Assembly (NCBI GenBank): GCA_051294905.1
Contig: CM119372.1
Location: 2,418,001 to 2,482,000, forward strand
Reading direction: 5' to 3'
Source: Botryllus schlosseri
Lineage: Eukaryota
DNA length: 64,000 nucleotides
Below the pieces are notes generated by a model, which worked only from the letters and a program-made list of their open reading frames with translations, was not told where the DNA came from and made no database searches. Position 1 is the stretch's first letter; the number at the start of each line of letters is the position of its first letter. This document shows, piece by piece, positions 23,398 through 36,771 of this stretch. The translations under genes and the position numbers were made by a program.

Positions 23398-24730
23398 CTG
23401 TAAGAAATAAAACTCGATAAAGTTTCTTTGCATCAACTTGAGCACGATTATCGACAGCTAGACTTATGCAAATCGGAATTCATATAATTATTATCAACTA
23501 TCTTCGATGACACAAACATTAATCCGTGATGATAATCTGCAGGATATTGAACGATAGCCATTTCACAACAGGAGGGGAATGCTGCAGCGCCCAAACTAAT
23601 GTGGTATCAAGGTCAATTGGGTTCAAGAAGGGATTGCTGACTGTTACATCATAACAATCCTAACACGCTTCCATCCATGTTATTGTTTAATTTGTACACT
23701 TGCACGATATACAATTATCATGTTGCCTGTACGCCACAACGGTACCTTGCAATAATGCATAAGCCAAACTGAATGACGATCTTGCCTACCATTCGTATAA
23801 TACTGCGTGACAGCTGTAAATATGATGCATATCACGAAACAAATCATATGCCACCATCATTATGATTTCGATGTTATTCTGTTCTTGACTTTTGATGTCG
23901 CCCCACCAGAGGTTATGAAGCGGTCAGTGGTCCATGGCTTGTGATGATATTTTACATCACGCCATGGCCTAGTACTAGTATAGTAGGGCATTACCGAAGC
24001 TATGTTTAAATCCACGCCTGAATAATTGCTTAATACGTGTGACTGCAAATTCACTTGGATCATAGCAGTTGCTTTGGCATAACTCACTTCGAATGAGATT
24101 GCGTGGGCACATGGGCCTGAGCAATAGTGACCATGCAACTTAAACGCAAAGTGAGATACCGGTAGGCCTACAATATTGCACAGTCAGTGACTTTCATCGT
24201 TGGTAAATGTTATGCACTACAATTACGAAGTGGCGGCAATATTTGAATTGACTGGAATCAATCGATCGAAAGCTACTCCGGTACCAGTTCCGAAACTAAA
24301 AATTTTATCCGGCTCACACGCGGTCCTGGAACCTGGAACCCACCAAAAACCAGCTCGGATTTCGCATGGTGACGGAGGTGGGCATTGCGATGTGACGCAA
24401 CAATGTCGCCTGGAATTACCATGCCGCACTCAGGAACTTAAGTGAGCATTGAGCAACACCGAGAGTGAGAGTGCTCAATAGGCGGCGCGGCATTGATATC
24501 TATTACAATTATGAGCTTGGAAAAACTAACACTGCAAAATCACAAGATTTAATAATGAAATTGGATAGCATTACGGATGTGGAGGAAAAATCTAGTGACA
24601 TTAGTAGTGAAATCGTTCGGAACCCAATTGTGGAACAGCATCTCGCCGGCCATCCGACAGTCGTCGAGGATGTCTGCATTCAAGTCAAAATACAAGCAAT
24701 TACTTCTCTAAATGAATACTAGTCAGCCTT

Positions 24731-24955
24731 CAGGATTACCGGACCACGGCCTAACATCGATCTCGCCTTCCGCCGCAAGCCACATCATTTTGTTGCTTGC
24801 CCTTTATATCCTCTGATTTACTTTAAATTCAGTGTACATGCCTCTTCTCTACTTCGCCTGGCCAAGGTGGGTGTTTGATCTCAAAGTCGCTTCGGGAACT
24901 TCCTATCTTTTCATTGTATCGCAGTTTTGTGGTGTTTTGAAATGATGAAAATATT
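24731..24955 (+). mobile_element. One arm of a long-TIR (foldback-like) repeat family
   Basis: CAGGATTACCGGACC...GGTGGGTGTTTGAT...CTTCCTATCTTTTCATTG...TGAAATGATG, also seen at 35560, 40826, 57410 and reversed at 10790. Confidence 0.7.
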
Positions 24956-25764
24956 ATTAGACTGATACTGATATCGTCAGCCGATTTCTTGCTTGTAATA
25001 TTGGTACCCCTCCTGAAAATTAAAAATGACATTATGCCCTGACATTTCATGACATATAAATGTTATCAATTTGATGAGTAGCATTATTAAGTGTTGTAAT
25101 CTGGTTTGCTTCTATCGGGCGACAGTGACGTGCAGTCAGAGGAGGCAAGTGAGGTAGTGCCTCACCTGTCGTCAGGATGAGGAAAGTAAAATTGTGACAC
25201 CTTCAATGATTATTGATATTTACCAGCGGTGTTGATGGATAACTCAATTATAAAATATTTTAATATTCATTTCCTCCAACAACACAAATTTTCATATTTA
25301 TCGTTCAAGAATACAGCTTGGAAGTAGAGGTGAGGCACGTCGTGCACGTCGTGCCTCACCTGCCACAATGCAATTCATCATAAACAGCTCAGAATTCGTA
25401 ATAAATGGTATCAATCAAATGCTATTTTCGCACCGATTCCGAAAATCCGAATATTAACAATCTTAGAGCATTCTTAGAGCACTAGAAACCCCTCAAAATC
25501 GCCAAAGAATGTGAAATTCGGCTTTATTACATACAATGGCAGCGCAGAGAAACAACAGCCAGGTAAGGCACAATCGAATCTGCCTCACTCACCATTCGCC
25601 AACGACCGGACAAACACAGCACAGTGAAATGCGCAATCGATTCCGGAAACCGACAGTGGTGCATGAATTGTATAGTGCCGACGGCCAATAGGTAATGCGG
25701 GCAAATACATTCCCTTACAGATGTAGATGTTGTGTATTTTCCATACATACAACTACCTTAAATT

Positions 25765-26910
25765 GTGATAGCTACTTACTTACTCTGCGTTGTCGTTAGT
25801 GTTTTCGACTGCAATAGTTATAGTGATTTACACCAAGTCGATATTCTATGTTATGATTCCGTAGCTGGCGACGTGTCGAACAGCCCATCTCCAGGCGTTT
25901 GTAAGACACCACTTACTTGGAACAGATGTCGAGGATTAGCCTATAGATATCTTGCGTGCGAAGATTGCTAGTGTGATAAGAAACAGACCGCCAACTCAAT
26001 CAGCTAACCTTTTAGGTTTTATGTATTTGCTAATCCTATTCTAATGGAATCTGCATCCCCAATCATGAATCTCAACCTGATTTTTCACAGTCTGGCAGAT
26101 GTCTTTCACCATTTAAGTTTGATGTTAGAGAGTGACATACAGTTGGTTTGGCTGATACAGTGTCCATTTCAATCTTGTGAAAGAAGAGATTGGCATTGGA
26201 CGAGCAAAAGACAATGCAGAATACAAAACGAAAATTAGGACCATAAATAAACATATTTTTCTTTTTTCCTTTCATCCATCGTTGAGTAATCTATATTAAA
26301 TACCTGAATAGTTCCCTAAAGGAAAAATTGAATTACTGTATGTATTGTAGAATTGCAACGGCCAACAGGGTGCAGAGAAAACGTTCTCGCCCACCCGCAT
26401 TCTCTTACTGCTATTGCTACTCACATCTTTGAGTATCTATATTAGGCTTACCATATTTTGGAAATCTAAAAAGAGGTCACTTTTTCAGAAATTTGAGGCT
26501 TGCAAAACCGGAGAAGAATTCTCAAAAACCTGTGAATTTTTCCCACTTTGTGATCGGATGACTAAAAAAAAAAAAAAAAAAAGTCATCTTTTCCGCCCAG
26601 AGCTGAAATCACCGTTTTTCACTCTGAAATAATCGCCGGAGCGTCACTTCTGTTGCTAATTTACGGCATATCACTCGCAATTTGCTCTAAATCTGACCTA
26701 AATTTTCAAAAAAGAGGACAAAATCTCAAAAAAGAGGACAAAAGGGCGTCCTCCGAGGACACTTTCAAAAAAGTCAAAAAAGAGGACAAATCCTCTTAAA
26801 AGAGGACGTATGGTAACCCTAATCTATATCAGGTAGGCCTACTTAACGTGTGTGTGACGGGGATGGGGTTAGTGCCTGCCCGGGCATGAATCTCACCGCG
26901 CGTCACTGTC
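25765..26910. repeat. Dispersed repeat, homologous to 37840-38300 (this copy contains an inserted MITE)
   Basis: Shared blocks in the same order: CTGCGTTGTCGTT, GTCGATATTC, AAGAAACAG..CGCCAAC, AACCTTTTAGGT, CATGAATCTCAC.GCG.GTCAC. Confidence 0.65.
26443..26821. mobile_element. Young hAT-like MITE (TAGGCTTACCATA family)
   Basis: Ends TAGGCTTACCATA ... TATGGTAACCCTA. Perfect 8-bp TSD ATCTATAT. Near-identical right half at 46924-47369. Confidence 0.92.
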
Positions 26911-26998
26911 GGACGACGAAAAAGCGGTCATATTCATTAAAGTGGCCCACGCAATGTTTTGTAAATTGCATGTGGCCCTTTGGCCGAAAGGTTGGTCA

Positions 26999-27983
26999 GA
27001 GGGATGGTGTGAACGTGAGGTCACGTTCGCGTTCTGTGTGTGAACCTCGGAAATTGAGAGGTTCACGTTCACAAACGAACCTCGGTAGGTTCTGCACTGT
27101 GAACCTTTTTCATATATTACAATTTGCACTTCATTATAACATCTTCGGCGGGAATTTATTGCATCTCGGGCCACTCTATACATGGCACTGGCAGCATATA
27201 AAATCAACACTAAACGAGCATGCACCTAGACAATCTTAAAAATTTTACCTGCTTTGATACAAAAGTTTGCTCGAAATATCCAGCTTTGTGTTTGCGAATA
27301 TTTAATGACTCTCTGCTGTGAGCTTGACCCGCAACCACGCAACATCATGAACGAAATACGCTACATGTAGGACGTAGGTAGTCAGCGAATGAGGCTTATT
27401 CAAGCAATTAATGAAATTGATATCATTGTCTGATCTTAAAAAATCTAGCAAGTGCACGGGGTCTATCTCGATTTCGTATGTTCATTTTATCATAAAAACC
27501 AGATCCGTGCTATTGAGCTGTTGGCTACTGCTGTATAACTAGTTAATGAGGTAAAACCCATAGCACACTCTGCTCAATATCAACGTAGCAACACTCAGAC
27601 GCCGAATACATTATCCGATCTGGCCTACCGGTAGGCGTAAGCTTACATTCCCTTGCTAGTCCTCATTGAAATTCTTGGCAAAGTGACGGAAGATATTGAT
27701 TTTATGGGATTAGTATATCATCTGATTGCTCCAATTGATACATTTGGCGACGTTTGAAAAGTCAATATGTACTTCAGCATTGTGGCATTATGTGGCCCAA
27801 GTCGTCGCTAGGTATCGTGTACAATGTAAATTGATATATATCACTTCACTGAAATATAGGGTCGGAATTAGCAATATGACGTCACTTGACGTCATGAGGT
27901 TCACGTTCCCGTTCACACAGAACCTTTCAAAAAGGTTCGCGTTCATACGAATCTGAACCTTTCAGAGGTTCTCACCATCCCTA
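26999..27983. mobile_element. hAT-like MITE with TAGGGATGGTG termini and GGTTCACG/GAACC subterminal arrays
   Basis: Ends GAGGGATGGTGTGAACG ... GGTTCTCACCATCCCTA. TSD GTTGGTCA / GTTGTTCA. Confidence 0.75.
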
Positions 27984-28869
27984 GTTGTTCACACCCCGTC
28001 CAGCAATTGATGCCGTATGCAACTCTCTCTGCTGTGTGGCCTACTCCTCTCCGTGATTTCGTCTCGTGAGAATATTGCTCGAACACAATATCCACATTCG
28101 AGTATTCCATGCCGTGCACTCGCGCGAGCCACGAACAGATGTTATTTATCGTCTGTACTAAATCATAGCAAAAAATATATGTTCTCAAAAAAGAGCATGT
28201 TTTGAACATGTTTGTTTTAAATGCAATCCTAGTTAGAACCCTTGGTTCGTCATCACTGTGATGTGCGAATACTGAATGTTCTAATCACGTCCTCACGACA
28301 TAGATATGCGCCTACGAGAGTATAAACGGTAACGTCCGGTTTCACGAGAAATAGTGAATGGTGTCTTATTTACATTGGTAATTGGAAGACTGCGTGGTTT
28401 AAGCAAATTGACGGTGCGAAGTTTGTGTCATGTCATTCGGTAAGCAATCTTTTATACGTTGGATACAGCTAATCCGTTTTATCATAGAAACCGCAGCGAG
28501 TTAGTACTTTCAGGCGGAAAACTTTTTCGACATCCCCGAACAATACGCGGTAGATTGCCGAAGGCCAGTTCAAAAATTGTGTCAGCAAATTATACATTCG
28601 CGTCGACCGTGTTAGAAGATTGATTTCTTACATTAGGGGTCTTCCAACTACGGACATACCTCTTACGTCTATACGATCAGTAGCAAGCAGTAACACGCGT
28701 ATAGCTATATGCAACAATCCTGCTAGGCGTTAATGTGTCCATCAAAGTCCTAACACTAGTCGCGTAAATTCGAAGCTATCCAATCGCGAATTTTCTTTTC
28801 ATGATATTTTCAAGCATTGTGAAGCTGAGTACCACTTGGAATTCGAAAACTGAATATTTTAGCGTTTCC

Positions 28870-29295
28870 AAATTAGATTAGAAATATATAGCTATACAGC
28901 ATTTTCCAAATAAGACAAGAATTAGAATTATATCTAAACATCATTTCCGAATTAGATTAGAATTAGAATTACTGAATTCGCCAAAAACTTGGAATTCTAT
29001 TAGGTTCACTTCATATCAAATCAGAGATCATTCTCATTAGCATGAGCATGGCATATGTATGCACATTGTACATAAAGCTTGACTCGTTGTGTTCTATGCA
29101 GTTATCCTGTAGCATTTTCGGGAAAACCAGTAATTGGATTATAAATAAAATTGGAGCATAGAAACATTTCACAAATTAGATTAGAATTAGAACCAGAGCT
29201 AAGAAACATTTCAAAAATTAGCTTGGAATTAGATTACCTGCATTTCCCTCTAACCATAGTTTAATTAGATAATTAGGGTTATCTAGTTGTCCAAG
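28870..29295. repeat. Degenerate ATTAGA/GAATTAG array, probably a MITE remnant (related motifs near 38900 and 54300)
   Basis: Repeated AATTAGATTAGAATTAG blocks. Confidence 0.55.
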
Positions 29296-30161
29296 TCGAG
29301 AGACCCGGCAGTCAGCCGACCCTTAGTGAAACATAATTTATAATGATGCGCGCCCGCGAACCAACATATTATTACAGATATATTCTGCAAATAAATTTAA
29401 TAATATTGTAGCAATCAAATAACGAAACTGGACGAAGATTACGCCTGTAGCATAATTTACCGTACGGAAGACTAGCAATATGGAACATGATGCCATCTTA
29501 GCCTTTCAAACGAGTAAGAGCGTCTTTGTAGCTGCAGTTCTAATTCCATTTTGCGAAGTATAATGCGGAATGGATTTCTACGTCTCGGATGTACGTCCAA
29601 GTGTGTGACTGCCCGCTATAAGCAGTAAGAATGATATATCACACCAGACACTGAGAAGGCTATCCTCCTTTATAGCGACGGATATAGATTTCGACTAGGA
29701 ATAACATCGTATTTTGATGTATCATACCGGGTCCTTACTTGAGTATCGTAGGCCCCGATCATACATTATTTGATATTTTTGCGTAAGGTAAGTGATTGCA
29801 CTCGCCTAGATATATCATTGCGCAGTGGAATAAGGTGAAGGTGTCTTCAGAAAGAAGTCTTTATTTTCCATATACACAATGCTCGTTTACTCAATGTGAA
29901 CTTATCGTTAACTACATGAAGTTCGCGAACAACGAGTTCGCCGACAAATGACTTCAAATCGATCCATTTTGCAATTGAGCGACCAAACCTCCGCCAACCG
30001 AATATGTCGATATTACACGTCGTTGACCTCAATGAATGTTGCGATAATATCTCTGTAAGTGCATTGCGTAATCATGTATATAAATATATCGCCCATAGGC
30101 TTCAGCAAGCGGTCTTGCCACATCATTCACGGAATCAATCAGTCAAAATATTAGATCAGGC

Positions 30162-31799
30162 CAGGGGTTCTCAGCGTTTATTTGGCCGTAGCCCATTTTC
30201 CGGTTTGAAAATGTTCAGTGGCCCACCTCTGGTTCTCAAGCGGTGTGCCATTTCCGTCGCGCAAGTGTGCCGCGAGTGGTTTCTTCGAAATTTTGAAATT
30301 ATGCGCAAAATAAATCTACGGTAATCCACAGCAAACGATAAATAATCTAAATCGAGCTTGATATCAAGTTTGTACATTTGACGAATTCGCTTTGCCCGGC
30401 ATATCGCGTGCCTTGAAGGCTGAATTCGGTTTTGCACACTACGTTGTCTGTTCGCAGGGAAGAGCACTGAGCAGACTTGGCGGTGCCTGTATGACAATGG
30501 AAGTTTTTCAATCCTCAATGTCGCACCAATCACCAGCGAGAGATGAACTGCGATGGGAGTGGCGTTCGCGTTTACAAATTCGAAGTACAAACGTTACAAT
30601 CCACATGGCGATTGTTAGGTAGCGTACTGGCACTTTCGTTGAAATGTAGGCTTGTCGCACAACGTTGTGTTCCCGACGACGAATTTGAGGATTGAGAAGT
30701 AAGGTGGAACAATATATATGTGTTAACAAACTTTCTCGCCGCTAAGGCGCCATTAGATGTTCAGCGTCTCAAATGTTTGCATACAAAAATAAACACTTAT
30801 TTTCCAACACTTGTCACAGAAAACTTTGCAAGATAAGAAAACCCACTTTTGCCGCAGTAAACCCATGTTACTTTAAATCTCAAAGAGGAGGAAGAGCTGA
30901 CTGACATCCGTATTGACGGAAACTTGAAGTTATGGTACAATGAGATGGCTCTCCATGAATTTTCGATTAAAATCCAGAAGGTGTATCCTTGCATTGGAGA
31001 AAGGCCATTTGTGATATAATTAAAGTTTCCACGTCGTTTCTGTGCGAGACCGGATTTCCGTCTGGTCAACATAAAAATCAAAAAAAGAGAGAGGTTACTT
31101 GCTGTTAAAAAGGAAATGAGAGTGGCATTATTAAATGTTCGTCCAGACTTTAAAAGGAAATGCGCTAGAAGAAAACCGCAAATTTCGCACTGACTTTGTT
31201 TGTGATGGAATTCAATAAATTGTTTTGTTTTCGCACGAACAGTTCAATATAATACATAATAATTTTGGTTTGACTGCAGAGGCGGTCACATTAGTCATCG
31301 TTTTGATAATAAATTGCAATTGTGGCTATTTAGATGTTACAACAAGTCAATAATACGACCTGTTCAAGTGCCGTAAATCTACCTCAAATGCACTTCAGTC
31401 CGTGTTTAATGCACACCTACTTTAAGGGCATACGGCATATGACACTGTCGGAATGTTTGGTCGCTTCAGCATTAATTTCCAGTTATTATATATTATATAA
31501 TCGACATTATTTTCGTTGCTATTGGCCGTAGGTTGTCGTAGCCGGGGGAAAAAAGCCGCCGTTTCCCTTCCCACGTTCGACTTGTACATTGCGACAACAT
31601 AGCCTTCGTGCCACTACGTCTCATCAGAGTCTGATGAAAAAAATGATTTAGCCTACGTTTATACCGATATTATGAGTAAATTTTGGAATATATGAACCAG
31701 GGATATCTTGAACATAACAAATATACCTCAACTTTGACTAATCCTACAATGTTCCAAATAGCTCTGTGGCCCACCTCAAATTCCTCCTGAGAACCCCTG
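30162..31799 (+). mobile_element. Internally deleted hAT (Buster/Charlie-like) transposon
   Basis: Perfect 13-bp TIR CAGGGGTTCTCAG. Flanks GATCAGGC / AATTAGGC. Contains a transposase C-terminal remnant. Confidence 0.85.
30874..31193 (+). pseudogene. hAT transposase C-terminal dimerization-region remnant
   Basis: With frameshifts: LNLKEEEELTDIRIDGNLK...EF...YP...STSFLCETGF..LVNIKIKKRERL...MRVAL...QISH-stop. Matches the LCExGFS...K.K.RxRL...SH terminus of Buster/Charlie-type transposases. Confidence 0.85.
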
Positions 31800-32246
31800 A
31801 ATTAGGCTAAACAAACTATGGTTTTGGATAAGGAGCATCCTTGCTGTGAAGCTATCGATCGCAAATTGATACCACCGATCAGCAGTAATGGTAGTATATG
31901 ATTCCAGGTGATTCATATTCTCTTCGACCGTCAAAATCAGCAATGCACATTGGACATTGTCGAGTGCAGGATAGCTGCAATTCTTACTTCACACCTAGCA
32001 TATTCGAGCCGGGAGGAATTGGGTAGCTATAATGACCGAGTAATACCTTAAACTGTATTTAGAATCCCGGTATGACATTGATAAGTGGTTTAGTAACGTC
32101 GTAATACGGTTTAAATTGCGTAAATACTTTGATTCCCAGCCAAAACGATAATTTCGATAAATCAGTTCTCAATGTCAATTGAGTTTTTTGTTTATCAATG
32201 GATTAAAAATCACATCATATGCAACAGTAATATGAGTCGTTACAGC

Positions 32247-32676
32247 TAGGGTTGCATTTAAAACAAAAATCAATTTAAAACAAACATGTTTAAAACAGGG
32301 GCCTAATTTAAAACATGTTTTTTATTTTGTTTTTTTGGTTTTTTTTATAAGCCAGGACGTCACGAATATCCAATTGTGACATCATAGTAAATTGACATCG
32401 ACAAATTGAGAATATAAGGTTATAATAGCTCCTTTGACGAAATATCTGTACTATTAATGTTGGACCGACTATTTATAAGTCGGCTATATCGGGTGGTATT
32501 TGTCCGTAGGCTCATACAACATGTTTTTTGGAAAGTGTTTACACAAGTATGGCATAATTTTACAACATAAAAAAAAACAAGTTGGTTTTTTTAAAAAGGC
32601 CTTTGTTTAAAACACTGTTTAAAACATGTTTTAAACAAATTGTTTTGAAACACCGTTTGTTTTAAATGCAACCCTA
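32247..32676. mobile_element. MITE of the TAGGGTTGCATTTAAAAC family
   Basis: TIR TAGGGTTGCATTTAAAACAAA. TSD GTTACAGC / GTTGCAGC. The interior is the reverse complement of 59306-59729. Confidence 0.9.
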
Positions 32677-35559
32677 GTTGCAGCTAGTGAATAAATGCTA
32701 TCAATTTTGCGAATGTAATCTTTTGAGACAATATCAAGTCATATATATCACTCATCTCGCCTAAATTAGAGGGAAAACTGAATTCACCCCAGGTTTTTCC
32801 ATACATTGTGATTTTGCCCCGAAGCAGTCAACCACCCTCTACGATTCAAGGTTGCACTGGTATAGGCGCAGGGAGATGCACACATTCTCCATCCTTGTCA
32901 CGCGCTATACACGGCCGTAGACGACCGAATGCACGTGATTTTTGTAGTCAAGAGAGCATCAACACTAGATCGGGCTTTCAAGCCAATTAAAACCCGAGTA
33001 TGTCATGGGAAGCTATAACCTCAATTCAGGAAAGACACCGGAAATCGATTTCCAGTAATTGCCTCCCCTGGTATCCCTTTGTGAACCCTGCTTCAGAGTA
33101 TGTTTGCATTGTGCCGGATGGTATCAATCAACGATTGCTTTCACATATTAAGGCCAGACATGGCCAATATAAGCTTGATTCGTCCAAGATTTCCGCATTA
33201 ATAAGGAAAACAGTTTTTTTTTTGTTTGGAGATGCGGCATAGGCGACGTAGTTTCATTTTCTGCACGCAACTGGCACGGAAATGGATTTTATTGCCGTAC
33301 TACGTTACATTGGTATTTGCAACTTCAACTTTCCTTGCTAATTATTATAAAACCACATGGCCAGATGTCTGTGTGTCACCGCCGGCTATCCAAACTCCCA
33401 CACCAGAGCTATCTTATTCGTTACAAATTCGTTTCCTACCAAACGCAAGCTACTTATGGGGTGTTACAAGCCGGTACGGTATCTGGAGAGTAGAATTGCA
33501 ATATCAAGTCCCGTACTTTTACCGAACCAACTGACTTGGTTCAATATTGTACAAAGTATGTCGCCTATAATTATCCGATGCAGGATTCACGTTGCTGGGA
33601 ATAAGCCTACACCATAGACCTGGGCATTGTGCAGCCCGCGACGCGATTCCGATCGGCACGCGAAAAGTTCCTTGGAATTTAGAATATAAAATATATTTGT
33701 TAATGTTAATGTGTTGACAAAAACTACTGTATAAACTGATCCGGAAATGCGTTTACTTCGAAGTCTAGTTTATTTATGTACCGTGATTACGTAACCTACG
33801 TACGGGCCTTAAACGGTTACGTCATACCTTTTAAAATCCTAATTCGTAAAATACTGCAATCAGTGCACGTGGTTAGCGGTCATCCTCACCCCTAAACGAT
33901 GTTATGTCAAGCAATGAAAGATTAGGCTGAAGGTCGACATTTCAACAAGATTTGAAGCACTACATATTTGTTTGCAGAAGACAGCCGTGAACCGGAATTT
34001 TAGTTTATGGTGAGCACCGAGCAGGTCTCTGTGTTTAGGAATTATAATTTCAGTCAGCAATATGAGAAAAATCTTGCCGTGATTACATACTCACGGCTGA
34101 TGCGGACCTGCTAGATGAGACAGCAAAACAGCTATTCTACCAAGCCACACAGTGCTAGGGACGCAGCCTAATATTTCCGTACCCACTTAGCAACGTGTGT
34201 TAACAATGTAATTCACTGCTTTCAATTTAGAAATAAAACTGCACGACGCAGAACATATTCTCTAAACTTTTAGCTCGGCCCGCCGACGTATTTTCTGGCC
34301 CACATTTTGCCCGCCGGAAAAAATGCACACCACTGGCCTACACAGCACACAAATCAACAATGTGGGTGGATAGTACATCACTTACCCATGAGAAGTTCAT
34401 CTCCCAGCGCCAGCCTTCCGTCACTCAATAGCAATAAACAAATTAGGCAAATCTCGATGCGAGCCGTTGGTAGTATCATGTCGCAACCTATACTGTCATA
34501 TAGGACTATAAAATTAAGCAATGTAAAGGTTTCACTGATAGATTTAAGTCGATTAGCTTGTAATCAAACTGACATAATATTACAAATGCTACACTCAATG
34601 GGATAATTTCATATTGTGCCAGGTTTATAGTACGAATGTTATCGAAAAAATTGGAGTCAGTGGCACATTGCAAATAAATCACGGCAGTGAGCCTTATTTG
34701 CAACATGCCTCTGACAATAAATAAACTCGCATGTACGACTTAACTTAAGAGATAAGTTTTCTGATCATACCTCTACACAAGATAAGAAGGTTAGTTGAAA
34801 TACCTGTTTTGCAATGAGTCGCCCGAGGAAGGAGTCACCAAAATCTAACTCACACCATGCGACAAAAATACCTGGACACGCGTTACAACCGTCTAAAGAC
34901 GAAACAGTGCTACGATATATTGCGTTCATTTTTCTACAAATGCTAAACGTCTATCATGTCATATATACCAGTTATCACTTCTTCACATAAGCATATGTAG
35001 CCTACGCTGCATAATAATTATGTAAATATATGGCTATATAGTGCAATTATGCAGCTTCTCATCGCTGCGAAACATGATCTCGCAAGTGATGTCCACATTA
35101 CACCATCGGAATAGAACATTAGTCGAGTCTACTGATATATATCAGGAGTATCGTTTTCTCAAGAAGTCGACGGGTCGCCTGAGGTATAATTCTGCATATT
35201 CGCGTCAATCACACAAAGTCAGCGTTCTAAATCAGCAAGGTTTCATGTTTGAAGTTCACGGCCTCAAACCAATTACAAATACTAAGTAGAGACGGGCTTT
35301 TCTTTTGTTTTCATATTGACACTTGCATGTGGATTCGTGCAACGGTAGGTATGCCGCAATCAACCTGCGGCAGTCATGAGGAGAACTGGGCGCGGGTCTT
35401 ATGAATTTGCAAGTCGTGTCGATAGTCTGCTATCGGCATTGCTTACTCCCACTGGAATACTTCAGCTTCTGTAGAGATATACTGGTCTGATTGCAACACG
35501 CATATACTTACTAATTTCACGGAGGTTGTGCGATGAACGAATGAATAATAGCGAGCCTG

Positions 35560-36030
35560 CAAGATTAACGGACCTCGACCTGTCTGCTGCCATATAAACT
35601 CGCCTATCGACACATGCGCCATTCATTTCATTGCTAGTCGTAGATGCTTATCAGTGTGCAACGAGCATGCCTCTTATTTACATCGCCTAGGCCCAGGTGG
35701 GTGTCTGATTTCAATGACTACTCAAAGTCGTTTTGACACCTTCCTATCTTTTCGTAGTATCGCAGTCTTGCGATGTCTTGAAATGATGAGATTGTTACTA
35801 AACTGAAGTTTATTCATAAAATTTCATCACTTCAAAACATCACAAGACTGCAATACAATGAATGATAGGAAGATGCCGAAACGACTAGGAGTAGTCTTAA
35901 GATCAGACACCCACCTGGGCCTAGGCGATGTAAAGCGGAGGCATGCACACTAAATGAAAGTAAAAGAATATCATATAAAGTGGCAATTGACGGAAGGCGA
36001 GATCGATATGTCAGGTCGGGGTCCGATATA
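35560..36030. mobile_element. Two-armed copy of the long-TIR foldback family
   Basis: About 35665-35785 (GCATGCCTC...CGCCTAGGCCCAGGTGGGTGTCTGAT...TGAAATGATG) is mirrored by 35820-35945. Weaker symmetry extends to both ends, and the boundaries are approximate. Confidence 0.75.
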
Positions 36031-36771
36031 ATGGTGAGGGCTGACTAGTATACTGATACAATATCTTGACAAACTTTACTCAGTTGGCTGATAATTTACA
36101 AGGCTGATTTTAAGTTCCTTCGTATTTTTGCAACCACTGCCTGTCCACACTATTTACAAATTCAAATTATCCAAAATTCCATCGGAATCTAACTCAAATC
36201 TTACAAAGTTAGATTTAAGTTTAAGTTGACATTATTGTTGCTCCGATTGATATTGATGGGCTTTGGCATACACTGCTGCCACCAAGCGTACAAAACTGAA
36301 GAGGCCCTATCACTGCCTGGTGCAGAGGTCTCAAACACGCGGCCCGTCAGAGCATTTTGTGCGGCCCGCGACGACATTTTAAATTTTTATTATTTTGACA
36401 ATATATAAGTGTCACATATATATTTTCAGGTTTTAAGGCGAAAATTCCCTTTTAAATTGCTCCGAAAACCTGAAAGTATTCATCAAACTTCACTATCAAA
36501 TCAAATGCAAACGCTACCATGCAGTGGAAGATTCAAAAATATTTACCATCAGGGGCGTATTCAGGGGGGTAATAGGTGTCCAATATCCCCCTTTCCCAAG
36601 CTCAACTCTCCCTCCTCTTGAATCCAAAATCTAGCTCTCTGTTATTGTCTTAGTAATAATTATTCGACGCTCATTGCTCATTCGAGATTAGATGCCCAAT
36701 AAATAATAAATGCGACGATACCCCTTTTTCTGCTATTCCTCTCTCGTCTGTGACAGCGGGAGTAATTAGTG

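Noticed and set aside
30171-31081. Several overlapping 70-140 aa ORFs in the track
   Set aside because: They fall inside a deleted hAT element, and the only recognisable coding signal is the broken plus-strand transposase remnant.
32800-33620. Cluster of 60-100 aa ORFs and a VWIAGG peptide on the minus strand
   Set aside because: Interrupted by stops in every frame, with no family motif or splice support.
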